From positions 10,257 to 74,256 of the forward strand of contig CAZLZZ010000001.1 of NCBI GenBank assembly GCA_964564165.1: a DNA stretch of 64,000 nucleotides, in the 5' to 3' direction. The translations under genes were made by a program, and so were the position numbers. Under the pieces are notes generated by a model. The model searched no databases. It was not told the origin of the DNA and saw only the letters and a list, made by a program, of their open reading frames with translations. Below, in pieces: positions 44,903 to 55,456 of this stretch (positions within the stretch are counted from its first letter, which is position 1; each line of letters opens with the position of its first letter). The stretch is from an uncultured Alcanivoracaceae bacterium. GTDB taxonomy: Bacteria > Pseudomonadota > Gammaproteobacteria > Xanthomonadales > Marinicellaceae.

Positions 44903-46834
44903 ATGAATTTTTTATCGGCAGTAGTATTGGCTACTCTATTATCAGCTACTCAAGTAAATGCGAATAGCTTTGAAAGCATATCAAAAGACATCAACTCTGG
45001 CTTGTTGCCTGTCGAAGCAGCTCAACGCGCATACAGTAACGATGTGCCCTCTGCTGACGCAGTACAACAAATGGTCGATGCCAATGTTGACGTGGTTAAA
45101 GCGGTACAAACCGTCGCAAAAGAATGGAGCTCGTGCGATGATACTTATGCCTCTGTGAAGAAAGGAGTTCAGATATCACCTGATCGTGCCGATGAGATAG
45201 TTGCCTCAGTTGCCACCATAAAAGGTTGCCGATGTAATGCACAAAGTTTTTGGGCCAAATCTCGTTTAGAACAAAGGCTAAGGCCGAGGCTGGGCAAGGC
45301 GTTGGTAGAAATTGGCTCTGACTGTAGTTGCGCCTCAGCCGGCATAGAAGCGGCTATGGAAATTGTTCCAAGCAAAGCAGAAGATATGATTGATGCAATC
45401 ATTGTAGCCAAGAATAGAGCCGAAAGAACGGTTGATTCTATCGGTCAAATTGGAAAAATTCCCGAACAAAAATATTGGGGCGATAGCAGCGTCAACACAA
45501 AAGACGCCAATCTGGTTAGAAATACCAATGTGTGTAGTGGCGATAACAACGAATTAAATGATTTTACTCCTGCTGATACATGGAGCAGTGGTGGCGCCAT
45601 TTCAAACCTTGGAGAACACAAGCTACTTTGCAAAGAAGAAGATAATGCTGCCCAGAAAGACCAAAAAGAGACAACAAAGAAAACAGACCGACTGATTATT
45701 TCGCAATACGTTGAAGGACAGGGCAACAATCAAGCACTAGAACTATACAATGGCAGTGATAAGGCGATTGATTTGTTGACGGACAACTATCAATTGGAGG
45801 TTTATTTTCATGGTTATGATTTTCCTGGTGAAGTTATTAAGTTGAAAGGTTTAATTGAGCCCGGATCTGCTTTTGTTGTTTCCGATGCCAATGCTGCAGC
45901 TGATATCTCGGCAAAAGCCAATCAAAAAGTCAATGGTTTGATTTTCAAAGGAGCTGATGCTATAGTGTTGAAAACAGGCTTTAATCTTGGCACTTGCCAG
46001 TGTTCCATATCAACGGTAGCCTCGGCAATCAAAGGTGTTGACAAACAGAGTAAAAACCAAAAGTCTATTTCTGAAACCAAACAAGATTTCATTAAAAGGA
46101 TTGAACAACACTATCAAGATACCAACACCCCGTCCTCCATTGTTGACAGTATTGGACAGATATTACAAAACAAAGAAAACAACAATGAAACCTATAACGA
46201 TGTGCCCCTTGCTGTAGACAAAACCCTTAGACGGGCTGTTAATACTTGCAAAGGTGACAGAATTGAAATGGATGCCTTTGCTGCTCAAAAAGAATGGCAA
46301 ACTTACGCTGCCGATAATTTTTTAGATTCAGGTAATTTTGATAATGCCGATTGCCAAGCAAGCAGAAAAGACCTGTTGTTGTCTGAGTACATCGAAGGTT
46401 CTGGTGACAATGCAATGATAGAATTATTCAACGGTACAGATAGGCCCATTAACTTTTCTGATGAGAAATATTTCCTAGAAGTTTATAACGACGATGACGC
46501 GGATCCCGAACAAATTATTTACTTAAAAGGCGAGGTTCAAAAAAACGGGACTTTTGTTATTGCTCATAGCAATGCAGAGAAAGACTTAAAGGATAGTGCC
46601 AACCAGACTTCTGGTAAATTAGATTTAAAAAATACCAGAGCGGTAGTTTTGAAAAAAGTGGTTCTTCCTGCCTACCAATCTTGTTATGCAGATATAGCAA
46701 CATGGATTGCAAACAGCGATTTAAAAAATATTGCCTTTACACTATCGCCTGATCGCGATCCAGGTACAGGGCCTATTTCTGATGATGATCCAACCGATGG
46801 CAATGATGGCGGGGAACTAGCAAGTCCCAATTAA
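44903..46834 (+). CDS. Secreted protein with two lamin-tail-domain (LTD)-like modules
   Basis: The start is set at ATG 44903 (signal peptide MNFLSAVVLATLLSATQVNA). A two-fold internal repeat is present: VDSIGQI...C.GD...F...W... followed by LIISQYVEGQGNNQALELYNGSD / LLLSEYIEGSGDNAMIELFNGTD (LTD signature). No nuclease domain was seen. Confidence 0.6.
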   Translation: MNFLSAVVLATLLSATQVNANSFESISKDINSGLLPVEAAQRAYSNDVPSADAVQQMVDANVDVVKAVQTVAKEWSSCDDTYASVKKGVQISPDRADEIVASVATIKGCRCNAQSFWAKSRLEQRLRPRLGKALVEIGSDCSCASAGIEAAMEIVPSKAEDMIDAIIVAKNRAERTVDSIGQIGKIPEQKYWGDSSVNTKDANLVRNTNVCSGDNNELNDFTPADTWSSGGAISNLGEHKLLCKEEDNAAQKDQKETTKKTDRLIISQYVEGQGNNQALELYNGSDKAIDLLTDNYQLEVYFHGYDFPGEVIKLKGLIEPGSAFVVSDANAAADISAKANQKVNGLIFKGADAIVLKTGFNLGTCQCSISTVASAIKGVDKQSKNQKSISETKQDFIKRIEQHYQDTNTPSSIVDSIGQILQNKENNNETYNDVPLAVDKTLRRAVNTCKGDRIEMDAFAAQKEWQTYAADNFLDSGNFDNADCQASRKDLLLSEYIEGSGDNAMIELFNGTDRPINFSDEKYFLEVYNDDDADPEQIIYLKGEVQKNGTFVIAHSNAEKDLKDSANQTSGKLDLKNTRAVVLKKVVLPAYQSCYADIATWIANSDLKNIAFTLSPDRDPGTGPISDDDPTDGNDGGELASPN

Positions 46835-46858
46835 CATCAAAACCAATCAAATGACAAG

Positions 46859-46890
46859 AGGGTGAAGTTAAAAGCTTTGCCCTTTTTTTT
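46859..46890 (+). terminator. Rho-independent terminator after the LTD gene
   Basis: AGGGTGAAG / CTTTGCCCT stem (with two G-U pairs), a 7-nt loop, and a run of 8 T. Confidence 0.7.
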
Positions 46891-46912
46891 ATGAACATTG
46901 TATAATTCACCT

Positions 46913-48184
46913 ATGAATAATAACCACAAAATAGCAATCATCGGGCTGGGCTATGTTGGCTTGCCACTAGCCGTCGCATTTTCTAAGCATTACCAAACTA
47001 TCGGTTATGACATCAATCAAGGTCGTGTTAATGAGCTGAAATCGTTCGAGGATTCTACGCTTGAAACTACGACTATAGAATTAAAACAAGCACAACAGTT
47101 ATCTTTTACCACAGATTTAAATGGAATTAAACAAGCCAATATTTTTATCATTGCTGTTCCCACACCCGTAGACTCGAATAATTTGCCCGAGCTTTCCCCG
47201 CTAGAAAAGGCCTCCATTGCAATAGGTGGCATCCTTAAAAAAGGCGATGTAGTGGTTTATGAATCAACGGTGTATCCGGGTGCAACTGAAGAATATTGTG
47301 CCAAAATTCTAGAACGCGAAAGTGGCTTAACACTACATCAAGATTTTGCCCTAGGTTATTCACCTGAAAGAATTAATCCAGGTGACAAAATACACACCTT
47401 ACAAACCATAATTAAAGTTGTTGCCGCATCAGATAAAAAAACCGAAAAATTATTAGAAGAATTGTATTCTAAAGTTATTGATGCAGGTGTCTTTATAGCG
47501 AAATCTATCAAAGTTGCTGAAGCTGCAAAAGCAGTTGAAAACACCCAGAGAGACATGAACATTGCTTTTATGAATGAATTGTCGGTGATGTTTAACCACA
47601 TGGGAATAGATACGCTTGATGTGATTAAAACCGCCTCAACCAAATGGAACTTTCTGCCTTTTACCCCTGGTTTGGTTGGTGGTCATTGTATTGGCGTGGA
47701 TCCCTATTACCTAATACATAAGTCACAAGAAAGCGGCTATTATCCTCAGCTAATCACTACTGCAAGAAGAATCAATGAAAGCATGAGTCAATATGTGGTT
47801 GATCGTTTTTTAAAAAAACTGGCATTAAGTAGAATTCATATCGTTAATGCTAAAGTGCTGATTCTTGGACTCACGTTTAAAGAGAACTGTCCAGATTTAA
47901 GAAACACCAGAGTGGTAGAAATCATTGAAGAGTTGTCTAACTGCCATGCCAAAGTTGATGTTTATGATCCTTGGGCAGATGCCAAGCAGGCCAAAGATTT
48001 TTTTGGATTGCAACTACAAAACAATCTCAAAGAAGGTTGTTACGATGCGATTTTGTTGGCGGTATCACACAATGAATTTATTAAGATGGGCGAAAAGGGT
48101 ATAAGAGAACTACTCAACAACAAAGGCATTTTATTTGATATTAAAGGCATGTTGCCCTCCGAATCTGTTGATGAGAGACTATAG
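46913..48184 (+). CDS. Nucleotide-sugar dehydrogenase (TviB/WbpO-like UDP-sugar 6-dehydrogenase family)
   Basis: [14 protein letters not shown] Rossmann motif and the catalytic [11 protein letters not shown] block. The start is taken at ATG 46913. Confidence 0.85.
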   Translation: MNNNHKIAIIGLGYVGLPLAVAFSKHYQTIGYDINQGRVNELKSFEDSTLETTTIELKQAQQLSFTTDLNGIKQANIFIIAVPTPVDSNNLPELSPLEKASIAIGGILKKGDVVVYESTVYPGATEEYCAKILERESGLTLHQDFALGYSPERINPGDKIHTLQTIIKVVAASDKKTEKLLEELYSKVIDAGVFIAKSIKVAEAAKAVENTQRDMNIAFMNELSVMFNHMGIDTLDVIKTASTKWNFLPFTPGLVGGHCIGVDPYYLIHKSQESGYYPQLITTARRINESMSQYVVDRFLKKLALSRIHIVNAKVLILGLTFKENCPDLRNTRVVEIIEELSNCHAKVDVYDPWADAKQAKDFFGLQLQNNLKEGCYDAILLAVSHNEFIKMGEKGIRELLNNKGILFDIKGMLPSESVDERL

Positions 48185-48185
48185 G

Positions 48186-49190
48186 ATGACAATATTAGTA
48201 ACTGGTGCAGCTGGATTCATTGGATCACATGTTTGTGATTATCTTCTTAAACGTGGTGACAAAGTTGTCGGTATTGATAATCTTAATGATTATTATGATG
48301 TAAATTTAAAGCATTCAAGGTTAAAAAAAATCACCCATGACAACTTTTTTTTCATCTCAGTTGACATCGCCGATAAAAGTGCTATAGAAGAACTCTTTAA
48401 GCGACACAGAATTACAAAAGTGGTCAACCTCGCAGCACAAGCAGGTGTTCGGTATTCCATCGAAAATCCTTGGTCCTATTTAAATAGCAATTTAACTGGG
48501 TTCCTCAGTATTATTGAAGCCTGTCGCCACAACAAAGTAGAACATTTGGTTTATGCTTCTTCAAGTTCTGTCTATGGTGCCAATACCAACTTGCCTTTTC
48601 GAGTAGAAGACAATGTTGATCATCCATTGTCGCTGTATGCAGTCACCAAAAAGTCCAACGAATTAATGGCGCACAGTTATTCCAACCTATACCAACTGCC
48701 CACCACGGGTTTGCGTTTTTTTACCGTTTACGGACCCTGGGGAAGACCGGACATGGCTTTATTTTTATTTACCAAAAACATCTTGGCAGGCAAACCGATA
48801 AAAGTCTTTAATTACGGCAATCACACCAGAGACTTCACCTTTATTGATGACATTGTTGAAGGCATTATACGGGTCTTAGATAATGTACCTACAGCCAACC
48901 CCGATTACGATTTCTCCCAACCTAACCCGGCAAGTAGCTCTGCTCCCTACCGTTTATACAATATTGGCAATGACAATCCAGTTAAGTTAATGGACTATAT
49001 TCAAGCCATCGAAAAAACCTTGGGTATCAAAGCCGAAATGGAGTTGTTGCCCCTGCAAAAAGGCGATGTACCCGATACCCAAGCCGATGTCAGCAAACTG
49101 ATAGCTGATGTGGGGTTTAAACCCTCCACCAATATACAAGATGGCATCAATCAATTCATCCAATGGTATCGCCAATACTACAAGGTATAA
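48186..49190 (+). CDS. NAD-dependent nucleotide-sugar epimerase (UDP-glucuronate 4-epimerase-like)
   Basis: [15 protein letters not shown], the YAVTK catalytic motif, and [15 protein letters not shown]. The start is taken at ATG 48186. Confidence 0.85.
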   Translation: MTILVTGAAGFIGSHVCDYLLKRGDKVVGIDNLNDYYDVNLKHSRLKKITHDNFFFISVDIADKSAIEELFKRHRITKVVNLAAQAGVRYSIENPWSYLNSNLTGFLSIIEACRHNKVEHLVYASSSSVYGANTNLPFRVEDNVDHPLSLYAVTKKSNELMAHSYSNLYQLPTTGLRFFTVYGPWGRPDMALFLFTKNILAGKPIKVFNYGNHTRDFTFIDDIVEGIIRVLDNVPTANPDYDFSQPNPASSSAPYRLYNIGNDNPVKLMDYIQAIEKTLGIKAEMELLPLQKGDVPDTQADVSKLIADVGFKPSTNIQDGINQFIQWYRQYYKV

Positions 49191-49195
49191 AGTTT

Positions 49196-50230
49196 ATGGA
49201 TGAGTTTTTCGAAAAACTTATTGGCAGCGATTGTAAACTTCCTAAGTTTACTCAAGACAGTCAAATCATTCAGCAAGGATTGGCGCCTATTTCTGCATTA
49301 AGCAATCGATCTATTGCTGTTCAAAAAGCCCATTTATTAGAAACCGTAAAACTCAAAAATTGGATCCAAAAAGCCCATTTGCTGTTTAACGCTTTAACCG
49401 ATCAACAAATACAGTTTTTAACATTCAAAGGTTTTGCTTTTACTTTTTTACTCTATAACAAAACCCATTTAAGACCCTATTCTGATATTGATATCATTAT
49501 CAAGCAATCGGATTATGACGCCGTTGAAACCATTCTTCTTCAGCTTGGTTATCAGCAATACCCGTCCAGACAAGGCAGTTTCGTCAGCTTTCAAAACAGT
49601 TTTTTTGACAATGCTGACAACAGGACACCACAAACTGTTATAGATTTACATTGGCAAATCAATAATCGAATTGAATTCCATAAACATTTTGATTTTTCAA
49701 GCTTGTTTGGCAATGCCCAGTCTCTTCATTTCAATAATACAGAATTTAAAACCTTATCTAATATTGATGCTTTTATTTTGGGTTGTTTTCATTATCATGC
49801 ACACAGGCCAGAAGACAGAAAACACATTTGGCTCTATGATTTGGCCCTACTTTGGAACAAAATGGACCTCTTAATACAGCGCCACTGCCTTGCAAAAGCA
49901 AAAGACACCGAACAGTCAGCCATAGTTTTCAACACCCTGAACTTAATTGATTCTACCTTTGTGAGTTGCTTTGAAATGGACTTTAAAAACAAGGCCTCAA
50001 AACATGAGGCGACAGAGTTTTATCTTCAACAACGAAATAAGAAGTTGGCTGATATAAAAACCCGATTAAAGAATATTCACGGTCTTAACAATAAAATTAA
50101 ATTCATCTCTGAATATGTTTTTCAAAGTAGGAACTATGTCGAACGAAGGTTTTCTCTTAAAAACAAGCAATGGGTTTATCTTTATTACCCCAAAATGTGG
50201 CTAGAAGACATGGTTAAATTGTTTAAATAA
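49196..50230 (+). CDS. Uncharacterised nucleotidyltransferase family protein (NTP_transf_5-like)
   Basis: KGFAFTFLLYNKTHLRPYSDIDIII...DLHW pattern. The start is taken at ATG 49196. Confidence 0.55.
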   Translation: MDEFFEKLIGSDCKLPKFTQDSQIIQQGLAPISALSNRSIAVQKAHLLETVKLKNWIQKAHLLFNALTDQQIQFLTFKGFAFTFLLYNKTHLRPYSDIDIIIKQSDYDAVETILLQLGYQQYPSRQGSFVSFQNSFFDNADNRTPQTVIDLHWQINNRIEFHKHFDFSSLFGNAQSLHFNNTEFKTLSNIDAFILGCFHYHAHRPEDRKHIWLYDLALLWNKMDLLIQRHCLAKAKDTEQSAIVFNTLNLIDSTFVSCFEMDFKNKASKHEATEFYLQQRNKKLADIKTRLKNIHGLNNKIKFISEYVFQSRNYVERRFSLKNKQWVYLYYPKMWLEDMVKLFK

Positions 50231-50273
50231 AAAAGCCCAACTGTATTAAATCCAAGAATCAATACAGCTGGGC
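50229..50273 (-). terminator. Hairpin terminator between convergent genes (T-run on the minus strand, serving the yeeE operon)
   Basis: GCCCAACTGTATT (50235-50247) pairs with AATACAGCTGGGC (50261-50273) at 12 of 13 positions. On the minus strand it is followed by TTTTTTATTT. Confidence 0.6.
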
Positions 50274-50322
50274 CCTTGCTAAGTTAAACTTTTTAACTCT
50301 AAATTTTCAATTTTTCAATTTT

Positions 50323-50904
50323 CTAATATCTTAATTTTCTTAATCTATTAGGCAAAAGTGCCGCCCCGCCCATAAATAGAATGGCAATAACGCCAGCTAC
50401 AACAACACCTGATATACCATCTACCAAAGCAGGATATGCTTCATTGCCCGTAACTGCAATAGAGACTTTGCCACCTGCAATCTCATTAAACAGCCAAGAA
50501 ACGTTTGTTTCTAACCAACCAAATGCCAAGACATAAACCCAAGCACCAACTAAGCCGCCAAGAATCATAAATAATGAATCTTTTCGACCAGCACCCAGTG
50601 CTGCAAGGGTTGTTCCTGGACAATAGCCTCCTAAACCAAACCCAATACCAAATATAGCACCGCCTACAATGACTCCTATATACGATGCTTTAACACTGAT
50701 ATGAATAGAGTCAATGACACCAATAGCCATTAAAACAAACAACAAAAGACTAGAAAATCCAATGCCAAACAAGATAACTTTTGCCAAATGTAAATCAGTT
50801 AGTCTTAAAAATCCGATAATTCTATTGGGGTTTGTAGCACCCACTTTATGCAGTATAAAACCAAAAGACCCACCAACTAGAACTGCTAATAATATTTCTT
50901 TCAT
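50323..50904 (-). CDS. YeeE/YedE-family sulfur-compound transporter, C-terminal-half homolog
   Basis: The start is at ATG 50904, after AGGAGA. It is a membrane protein with the GGYCPGT motif. Confidence 0.8.
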   Translation of the reverse strand: MKEILLAVLVGGSFGFILHKVGATNPNRIIGFLRLTDLHLAKVILFGIGFSSLLLFVLMAIGVIDSIHISVKASYIGVIVGGAIFGIGFGLGGYCPGTTLAALGAGRKDSLFMILGGLVGAWVYVLAFGWLETNVSWLFNEIAGGKVSIAVTGNEAYPALVDGISGVVVAGVIAILFMGGAALLPNRLRKLRY

Positions 50905-50914
50905 GATCTGTCTC

Positions 50915-51484
50915 CTATTTCTTAAAAACGATGATTGCAACAGGAACAGCAATGGCGAAAACACCCGCTGCAAATAAGTAGCCACTTAAAGATGTCTGCA
51001 TCATACCGCTCATCATGTGACCAGAAGTACAACCACCTGCCATTCTCGCGCCGAACAATATAAAGAACCCTGATACAAAGGCACCGACCATTCTTTTTAT
51101 CCACGATGACCCTATATTGTCTCGCCATACTTGTGGTATCCAGGTTTCTTCTTTCTCAACTTTGGGACCTCCCAGTTTTGAAGCCAAAAAACCACCTGCA
51201 AACATTGCAAGAACAAAAATAAATCCATAACTGACAATATTTAAGGAGTTTTTAACATGTTTTCCATTGTTTTTATTCAGGTATGCATTCGAGCTTGAAT
51301 AGGTTTTTGACCCATCACTGTTAACAGTTTCAACCGCCAAATCTGGTTTTAATTTACAAAAAATAAAACAATCCGCTATTACGTATTGAGTTGAAACACC
51401 AATTGGCTTCACCACAGCTACTGCCAATATAAACGACAAGCCAAGTATAATGCCGCTTTTTAACCAGCCCCAAGAATCATTCAT
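50915..51484 (-). CDS. YeeE/YedE-family sulfur-compound transporter, N-terminal-half homolog
   Basis: The start is at ATG 51484 (MNDSWGW). It has the GGCTSGH motif. It is adjacent to the second half-gene. Confidence 0.8.
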   Translation of the reverse strand: MNDSWGWLKSGIILGLSFILAVAVVKPIGVSTQYVIADCFIFCKLKPDLAVETVNSDGSKTYSSSNAYLNKNNGKHVKNSLNIVSYGFIFVLAMFAGGFLASKLGGPKVEKEETWIPQVWRDNIGSSWIKRMVGAFVSGFFILFGARMAGGCTSGHMMSGMMQTSLSGYLFAAGVFAIAVPVAIIVFKK

Positions 51485-51623
51485 AGTTTGTACCCTCATT
51501 ACAATTAAATAAAATTTCGTAACTATTCGTTACTTCTACACGTCCTGTCTACTCGCCCCGTTATTCCTGCGAAAACCGAACCTCTCGACTGGATAGTCGT
51601 TTTTCTATGCGCAAACAACCCAC

Positions 51624-51787
51624 TAGGAGCTTGTCCGAGAATAGAAAATCTATTACAGAAAAGCTGAATTTGTGCCATTTTTAGCTTTTTTTCGTCACAT
51701 AGCGGAGCTATTCTCCTCAAAAAAGCCAAAAATCGCACTAAACCCTGCTTTCCTTCATGACGATTCCTATTCTCGGACAAGCTCCTA
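51624..51787 (+). mobile_element. MITE-B copy 2
   Basis: It has the same length and orientation as 19513-19676, with only a handful of substitutions. It is flanked by TA. Confidence 0.85.
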
Positions 51788-52047
51788 GGGTTACCACACA
51801 GTATTTGTAAGTTAATTTATTGTGAAATTTCTAGTAATTACAAAACTTCAACAATATTAATTAGCACTTGCTAAATTAAGCTTTACTAATATAACACCAA
51901 AGACACGTTCTTTGCAAATTATTACAAGCAACAAGGGCAATTTTTATTTGAGTTTAACTTTAAAGTTTCATGCGAGAATAGAGTTTATGGAAAAATGACA
52001 AAATAGGCTGCAAGCAATCCTGCCTAAGTTATGAAGGCGTTTCGGAG

Positions 52048-52503
52048 TTATACTTCGATAGAGTTGTCAGCAATTTCATGCAGTTCTTTTTTTAACACTA
52101 CAGAGATTTCTTCAGAAACAGTCAGCTTTATAAACATACAGCTGCTATCTATGGCCTTTGACAAGCCAGCCTTTGATAGTTCAGCGTTGATGATTTTATT
52201 GATAACTTTATTGTTTCTTTCAGGCAAATGTTTTTTTATGGTTAAAATTAAATCTTGCTTTAATTTGCCTATTTTGGGAGGGTTTTGCGTGCTTGCATCA
52301 ACATTTCTAATGAAGTTGTTGGTTTCGAGTTCAATCAGACAATTTTTCGGGTTCCATTGTTCTGATGAACGGGATATTATATTTTCTGCTGTAGATTTGC
52401 CATCCACCAAAATCAAAACAAAACGGTGCTCGTGATCCAATTTATAGGTTCGCCTTTGTATTTCCTCTTCCCCTTTGGCGGTTCTTTTGTATATAGTCTT
52501 CAT
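52048..52503 (-). CDS. Hypothetical protein
   Basis: 151-aa ORF with no recognised motif. It lies downstream of a small membrane protein gene on the same strand. Confidence 0.4.
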   Translation of the reverse strand: MKTIYKRTAKGEEEIQRRTYKLDHEHRFVLILVDGKSTAENIISRSSEQWNPKNCLIELETNNFIRNVDASTQNPPKIGKLKQDLILTIKKHLPERNNKVINKIINAELSKAGLSKAIDSSCMFIKLTVSEEISVVLKKELHEIADNSIEV

Positions 52504-52530
52504 TTTTACAGTGCAAAATCAAACGTGTGT

Positions 52531-52824
52531 TTATTCTGAAAATGCTTCGATAATACTCTTAATCAGTTTGATGGTTATAAATACATAAAAAGCACCAAAC
52601 AGAAATACACCTGCAACAGTTAAGCGCAATATTTCTTCAGGAACCTGATTGAAAAATGGCAGGGCAAAATAACCAGCGGTAAAAATAACCACCAAGATAG
52701 TTAAAGATTTCCAGTACTTCCCTACCAGTCCACCTGAGAATTGTTTGCGAAGTGTGATAACCATATACATACAATACGCCATAAACACAGCGGCCAATAT
52801 AAAAACATAATTTGCTATATCCAT
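52531..52824 (-). CDS. Hypothetical small membrane protein (3 TM)
   Basis: 97 aa and strongly hydrophobic. Confidence 0.45.
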   Translation of the reverse strand: MDIANYVFILAAVFMAYCMYMVITLRKQFSGGLVGKYWKSLTILVVIFTAGYFALPFFNQVPEEILRLTVAGVFLFGAFYVFITIKLIKSIIEAFSE

Positions 52825-52949
52825 GATTTTCTCTTGTTTGTTTATTATTTAGTCTATATTATTCTATACTAAGAACACGGTATTGGAAACCTGTTCACAA
52901 TAATTAGCTTAACAATATGAATAATTGTTACACAAACTATCCAGATTCT

Positions 52950-54857
52950 TCATATTTTAGCAAAAGAAGCATAAATTTTGTCTTTTCTGCTGGTTTTTCT
53001 CATGTTTGGTAAACTGTTAATAAATTGCCTGCCATAGGGTTTGGTCATTATTCTTTTGTCACAAATCACCAAAATCCCTTTGTCGGTTTCAGATCTAATT
53101 AATCGCCCAACGCCTTGTTTAAGTGCAATAATAGCCTTGGGCAATTGATAATCAAAAAAAGCATTGCCGCCATTATCAACAATGCGGTTAATGCGCGCTT
53201 GCAGAACGGGGTTATCTGGATGAGCAAAAGGCAGTTTGTCTATGATGACACAAGAAAGGTTGTCGCCTGCCACATCCACTCCTTCCCAAAAACTGGCAGC
53301 ACCCAGCAACACGCCATTTCCTGCATCACGAAAGTCTGCCAATATTTGATGGCGGCTGCCTTGCCCCTGAACAAATAGCGGTTTTTCCAGTTTGTCATGA
53401 AAAAATTTCGCTGCATTGTTCAAAGCACGGTGTGAGGTAAATAAAAAGAACACCCCTCCTTTTGTTTGTTCTATCAATGGCAAAACGTGCTCACATATTT
53501 CTTGGTTAAAATTAAAATCATTGGCATCAGGCACATCTCTGGGCACATAAATCATGGCATTGCTTTCATAATCAAAAGGACTGTCAACCAATAACGTCTC
53601 ACTCTCAAAAAACCCTGTTTCTTTTTGGAAATGGGTAAATGACTGGTTAACTGCCAAGGTCGCGGAGGTCAATATCCAAGCCGCTTTATTTTCTTCTCGG
53701 AATTTTGTCAATGGATCTGAAATATCTATCGGTGTCTTGTGAATAATAAAAAATTGATTGCGGTTTTCATACCAGTATATATAGTCCGATTTTAATTTCC
53801 CCAACAGTTCTTCAATAAATGCCACCAAAGTTTCACATCTAACAAAATTTGAATTTAAACCCTTTGATTGTGCTGCTATTGGTTTTAATACTTCTGCCAA
53901 TTGAAACAAAGATTCTTTGAGCAGTTCTAAATGTTCAAAATTCGCTTTCTTTGCTAGTAAGTTCTTCAAAGTATCAGAATCTTTTACATCTGCATACTGC
54001 AAATACAGATCCCTTAGAGCCTGTTCTACATTGCTGATTTGTTTAGTAATTGCAGCAAAAGCTCCTGTGACTTCACCCGCTTCTTTGGTGGTATCATTGA
54101 GCAAATCTTTGCACTGATAGGAAGAAAACGATTGACTAAAAAACCGCGAAGCTATATCCGGCACTTGATGGGCTTCATCCAAAATAATGACTTCGGCATC
54201 GGGCAGCAATTCACCAAACCCTTCTTGTTTTAATGCCATATCGGCAAATAACAAATGGTGATTGACCACCAAAATATCTGCCTCCATCGCTTTTCTGCGT
54301 GCTTTCATCACCAAACAATCGACATAGCTCGGGCACTCTGAACCCAAACAATTTTCAGCTGTTGAGGTGACATGTCGCCATATTAAATCATTTTCAGGCA
54401 CGGTCTCTAGTTCTGCTTTGTCCCCTACATTGGTTTTATGCGACCATTTTTCAATCAGTTGCAAAGGCATTGCCAAATCAGGATTGTGCGCAATGCGCGA
54501 ATGCAAGGCATTGTACATGCGGTGATGGCAAAGATAATTAGATCGGCCTTTTAACAACCTGATCTTGGGCTTTAAATCCATTATTTCTAAAACCTTGGGC
54601 AAATCTCGATAGAACAATTGTTCTTGTAAATTTTTGGTTCCGGTTGAAACAATGGTTTTTTTGTTTTGTAAAATAGCAGGCACCAAATAGGCGAAGGTTT
54701 TGCCTGTGCCGGTTCCTGCTTCGGCGATTAGTGTTCCGTTTTCAGCAATGGTGTGCATAATTTTGTCTGCCAATGTCAGTTGCACTTCTCGGACTTTAAA
54801 GCCCTTTAGTTTTTTAGCAAATACTCCTTTTTCACCCAAAACATCAACGGTGCTCAT
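52950..54857 (-). CDS. dinG: ATP-dependent DNA helicase, DinG/YoaA (XPD-like Fe-S) family
   Basis: Walker A (AGTGTGKT), DEAH (ILDEAHQ), an Fe-S cysteine cluster (CLGSECPSYVDC), and C-terminal helicase motifs (QGVGRLIR). Confidence 0.9.
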   Translation of the reverse strand: MSTVDVLGEKGVFAKKLKGFKVREVQLTLADKIMHTIAENGTLIAEAGTGTGKTFAYLVPAILQNKKTIVSTGTKNLQEQLFYRDLPKVLEIMDLKPKIRLLKGRSNYLCHHRMYNALHSRIAHNPDLAMPLQLIEKWSHKTNVGDKAELETVPENDLIWRHVTSTAENCLGSECPSYVDCLVMKARRKAMEADILVVNHHLLFADMALKQEGFGELLPDAEVIILDEAHQVPDIASRFFSQSFSSYQCKDLLNDTTKEAGEVTGAFAAITKQISNVEQALRDLYLQYADVKDSDTLKNLLAKKANFEHLELLKESLFQLAEVLKPIAAQSKGLNSNFVRCETLVAFIEELLGKLKSDYIYWYENRNQFFIIHKTPIDISDPLTKFREENKAAWILTSATLAVNQSFTHFQKETGFFESETLLVDSPFDYESNAMIYVPRDVPDANDFNFNQEICEHVLPLIEQTKGGVFFLFTSHRALNNAAKFFHDKLEKPLFVQGQGSRHQILADFRDAGNGVLLGAASFWEGVDVAGDNLSCVIIDKLPFAHPDNPVLQARINRIVDNGGNAFFDYQLPKAIIALKQGVGRLIRSETDKGILVICDKRIMTKPYGRQFINSLPNMRKTSRKDKIYASFAKI

Positions 54858-54872
54858 GTTAATACCTTCATG

Positions 54873-55376
54873 CTAAAATCTATTCGGCAGTTTGACTTGG
54901 CAATTTTCTGTTTGTTCTAGTGCCTTGGTTTGTTGTGCATAGTAACCCGTTTTACCTGCGGCTATCGCCAGTATTCTCCAAGACTTTTTACATATTGTGC
55001 CTTTAGATGGGCCGTTTTTTGTGGCGATTCCTGCCCAATATTGCGCCTGTTTATAGTTGCCTTGATGCAATGAAATTTCGGCAATTAATTGGCTGATTTG
55101 AGGTGCGTTGGGCTGGATTTCATAAGCCCTTTCCAAACTGGCTATGGCCTGAGTAAATTGGTTGTTTTGATAAAACTTTTGTGCCTGATTGTATAAACTG
55201 CGAACCGCACTGTTCATCAAAGGCAAGGTTTGAATCACCGAATCATCCAAGCCATCTGCATTGATTTGATTATCAATACTGGCATCTTTCACATCTGCGG
55301 GTGGTGCCTGTCGTTTGGGAAGCATGTCACAAGCAGCGATTGTTAATAGGATAAAAAGCAGTAAAGGTATGCGCAC
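54873..55376 (-). CDS. TPR-repeat lipoprotein
   Basis: GTG start, lipobox LTIAAC, and TPR-like repeats (AIASLERAYEIQPN, YWAGIA). Confidence 0.6.
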   Translation of the reverse strand: MRIPLLLFILLTIAACDMLPKRQAPPADVKDASIDNQINADGLDDSVIQTLPLMNSAVRSLYNQAQKFYQNNQFTQAIASLERAYEIQPNAPQISQLIAEISLHQGNYKQAQYWAGIATKNGPSKGTICKKSWRILAIAAGKTGYYAQQTKALEQTENCQVKLPNRF

Positions 55377-55456
55377 TGTAGATTCTTAAAATTAAAGAAA
55401 AATATTTTAACAGAATAAGCTGTCCAATGAGAAATTAACCACAGACAATTGACGAT

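Noticed and set aside
51523-51780. ORFs lying inside MITE copies and giving similar peptides: 51523-51780(-), 19481-19714(-), 40685-40888(+), 40750-40971(-), 41087-41353(-), 62250-62438(+), 14794-14976(+).
   Set aside because: Their similarity is explained by the repeated DNA. They span TIRs, lack RBSs, and occur in both orientations relative to the neighbouring genes.
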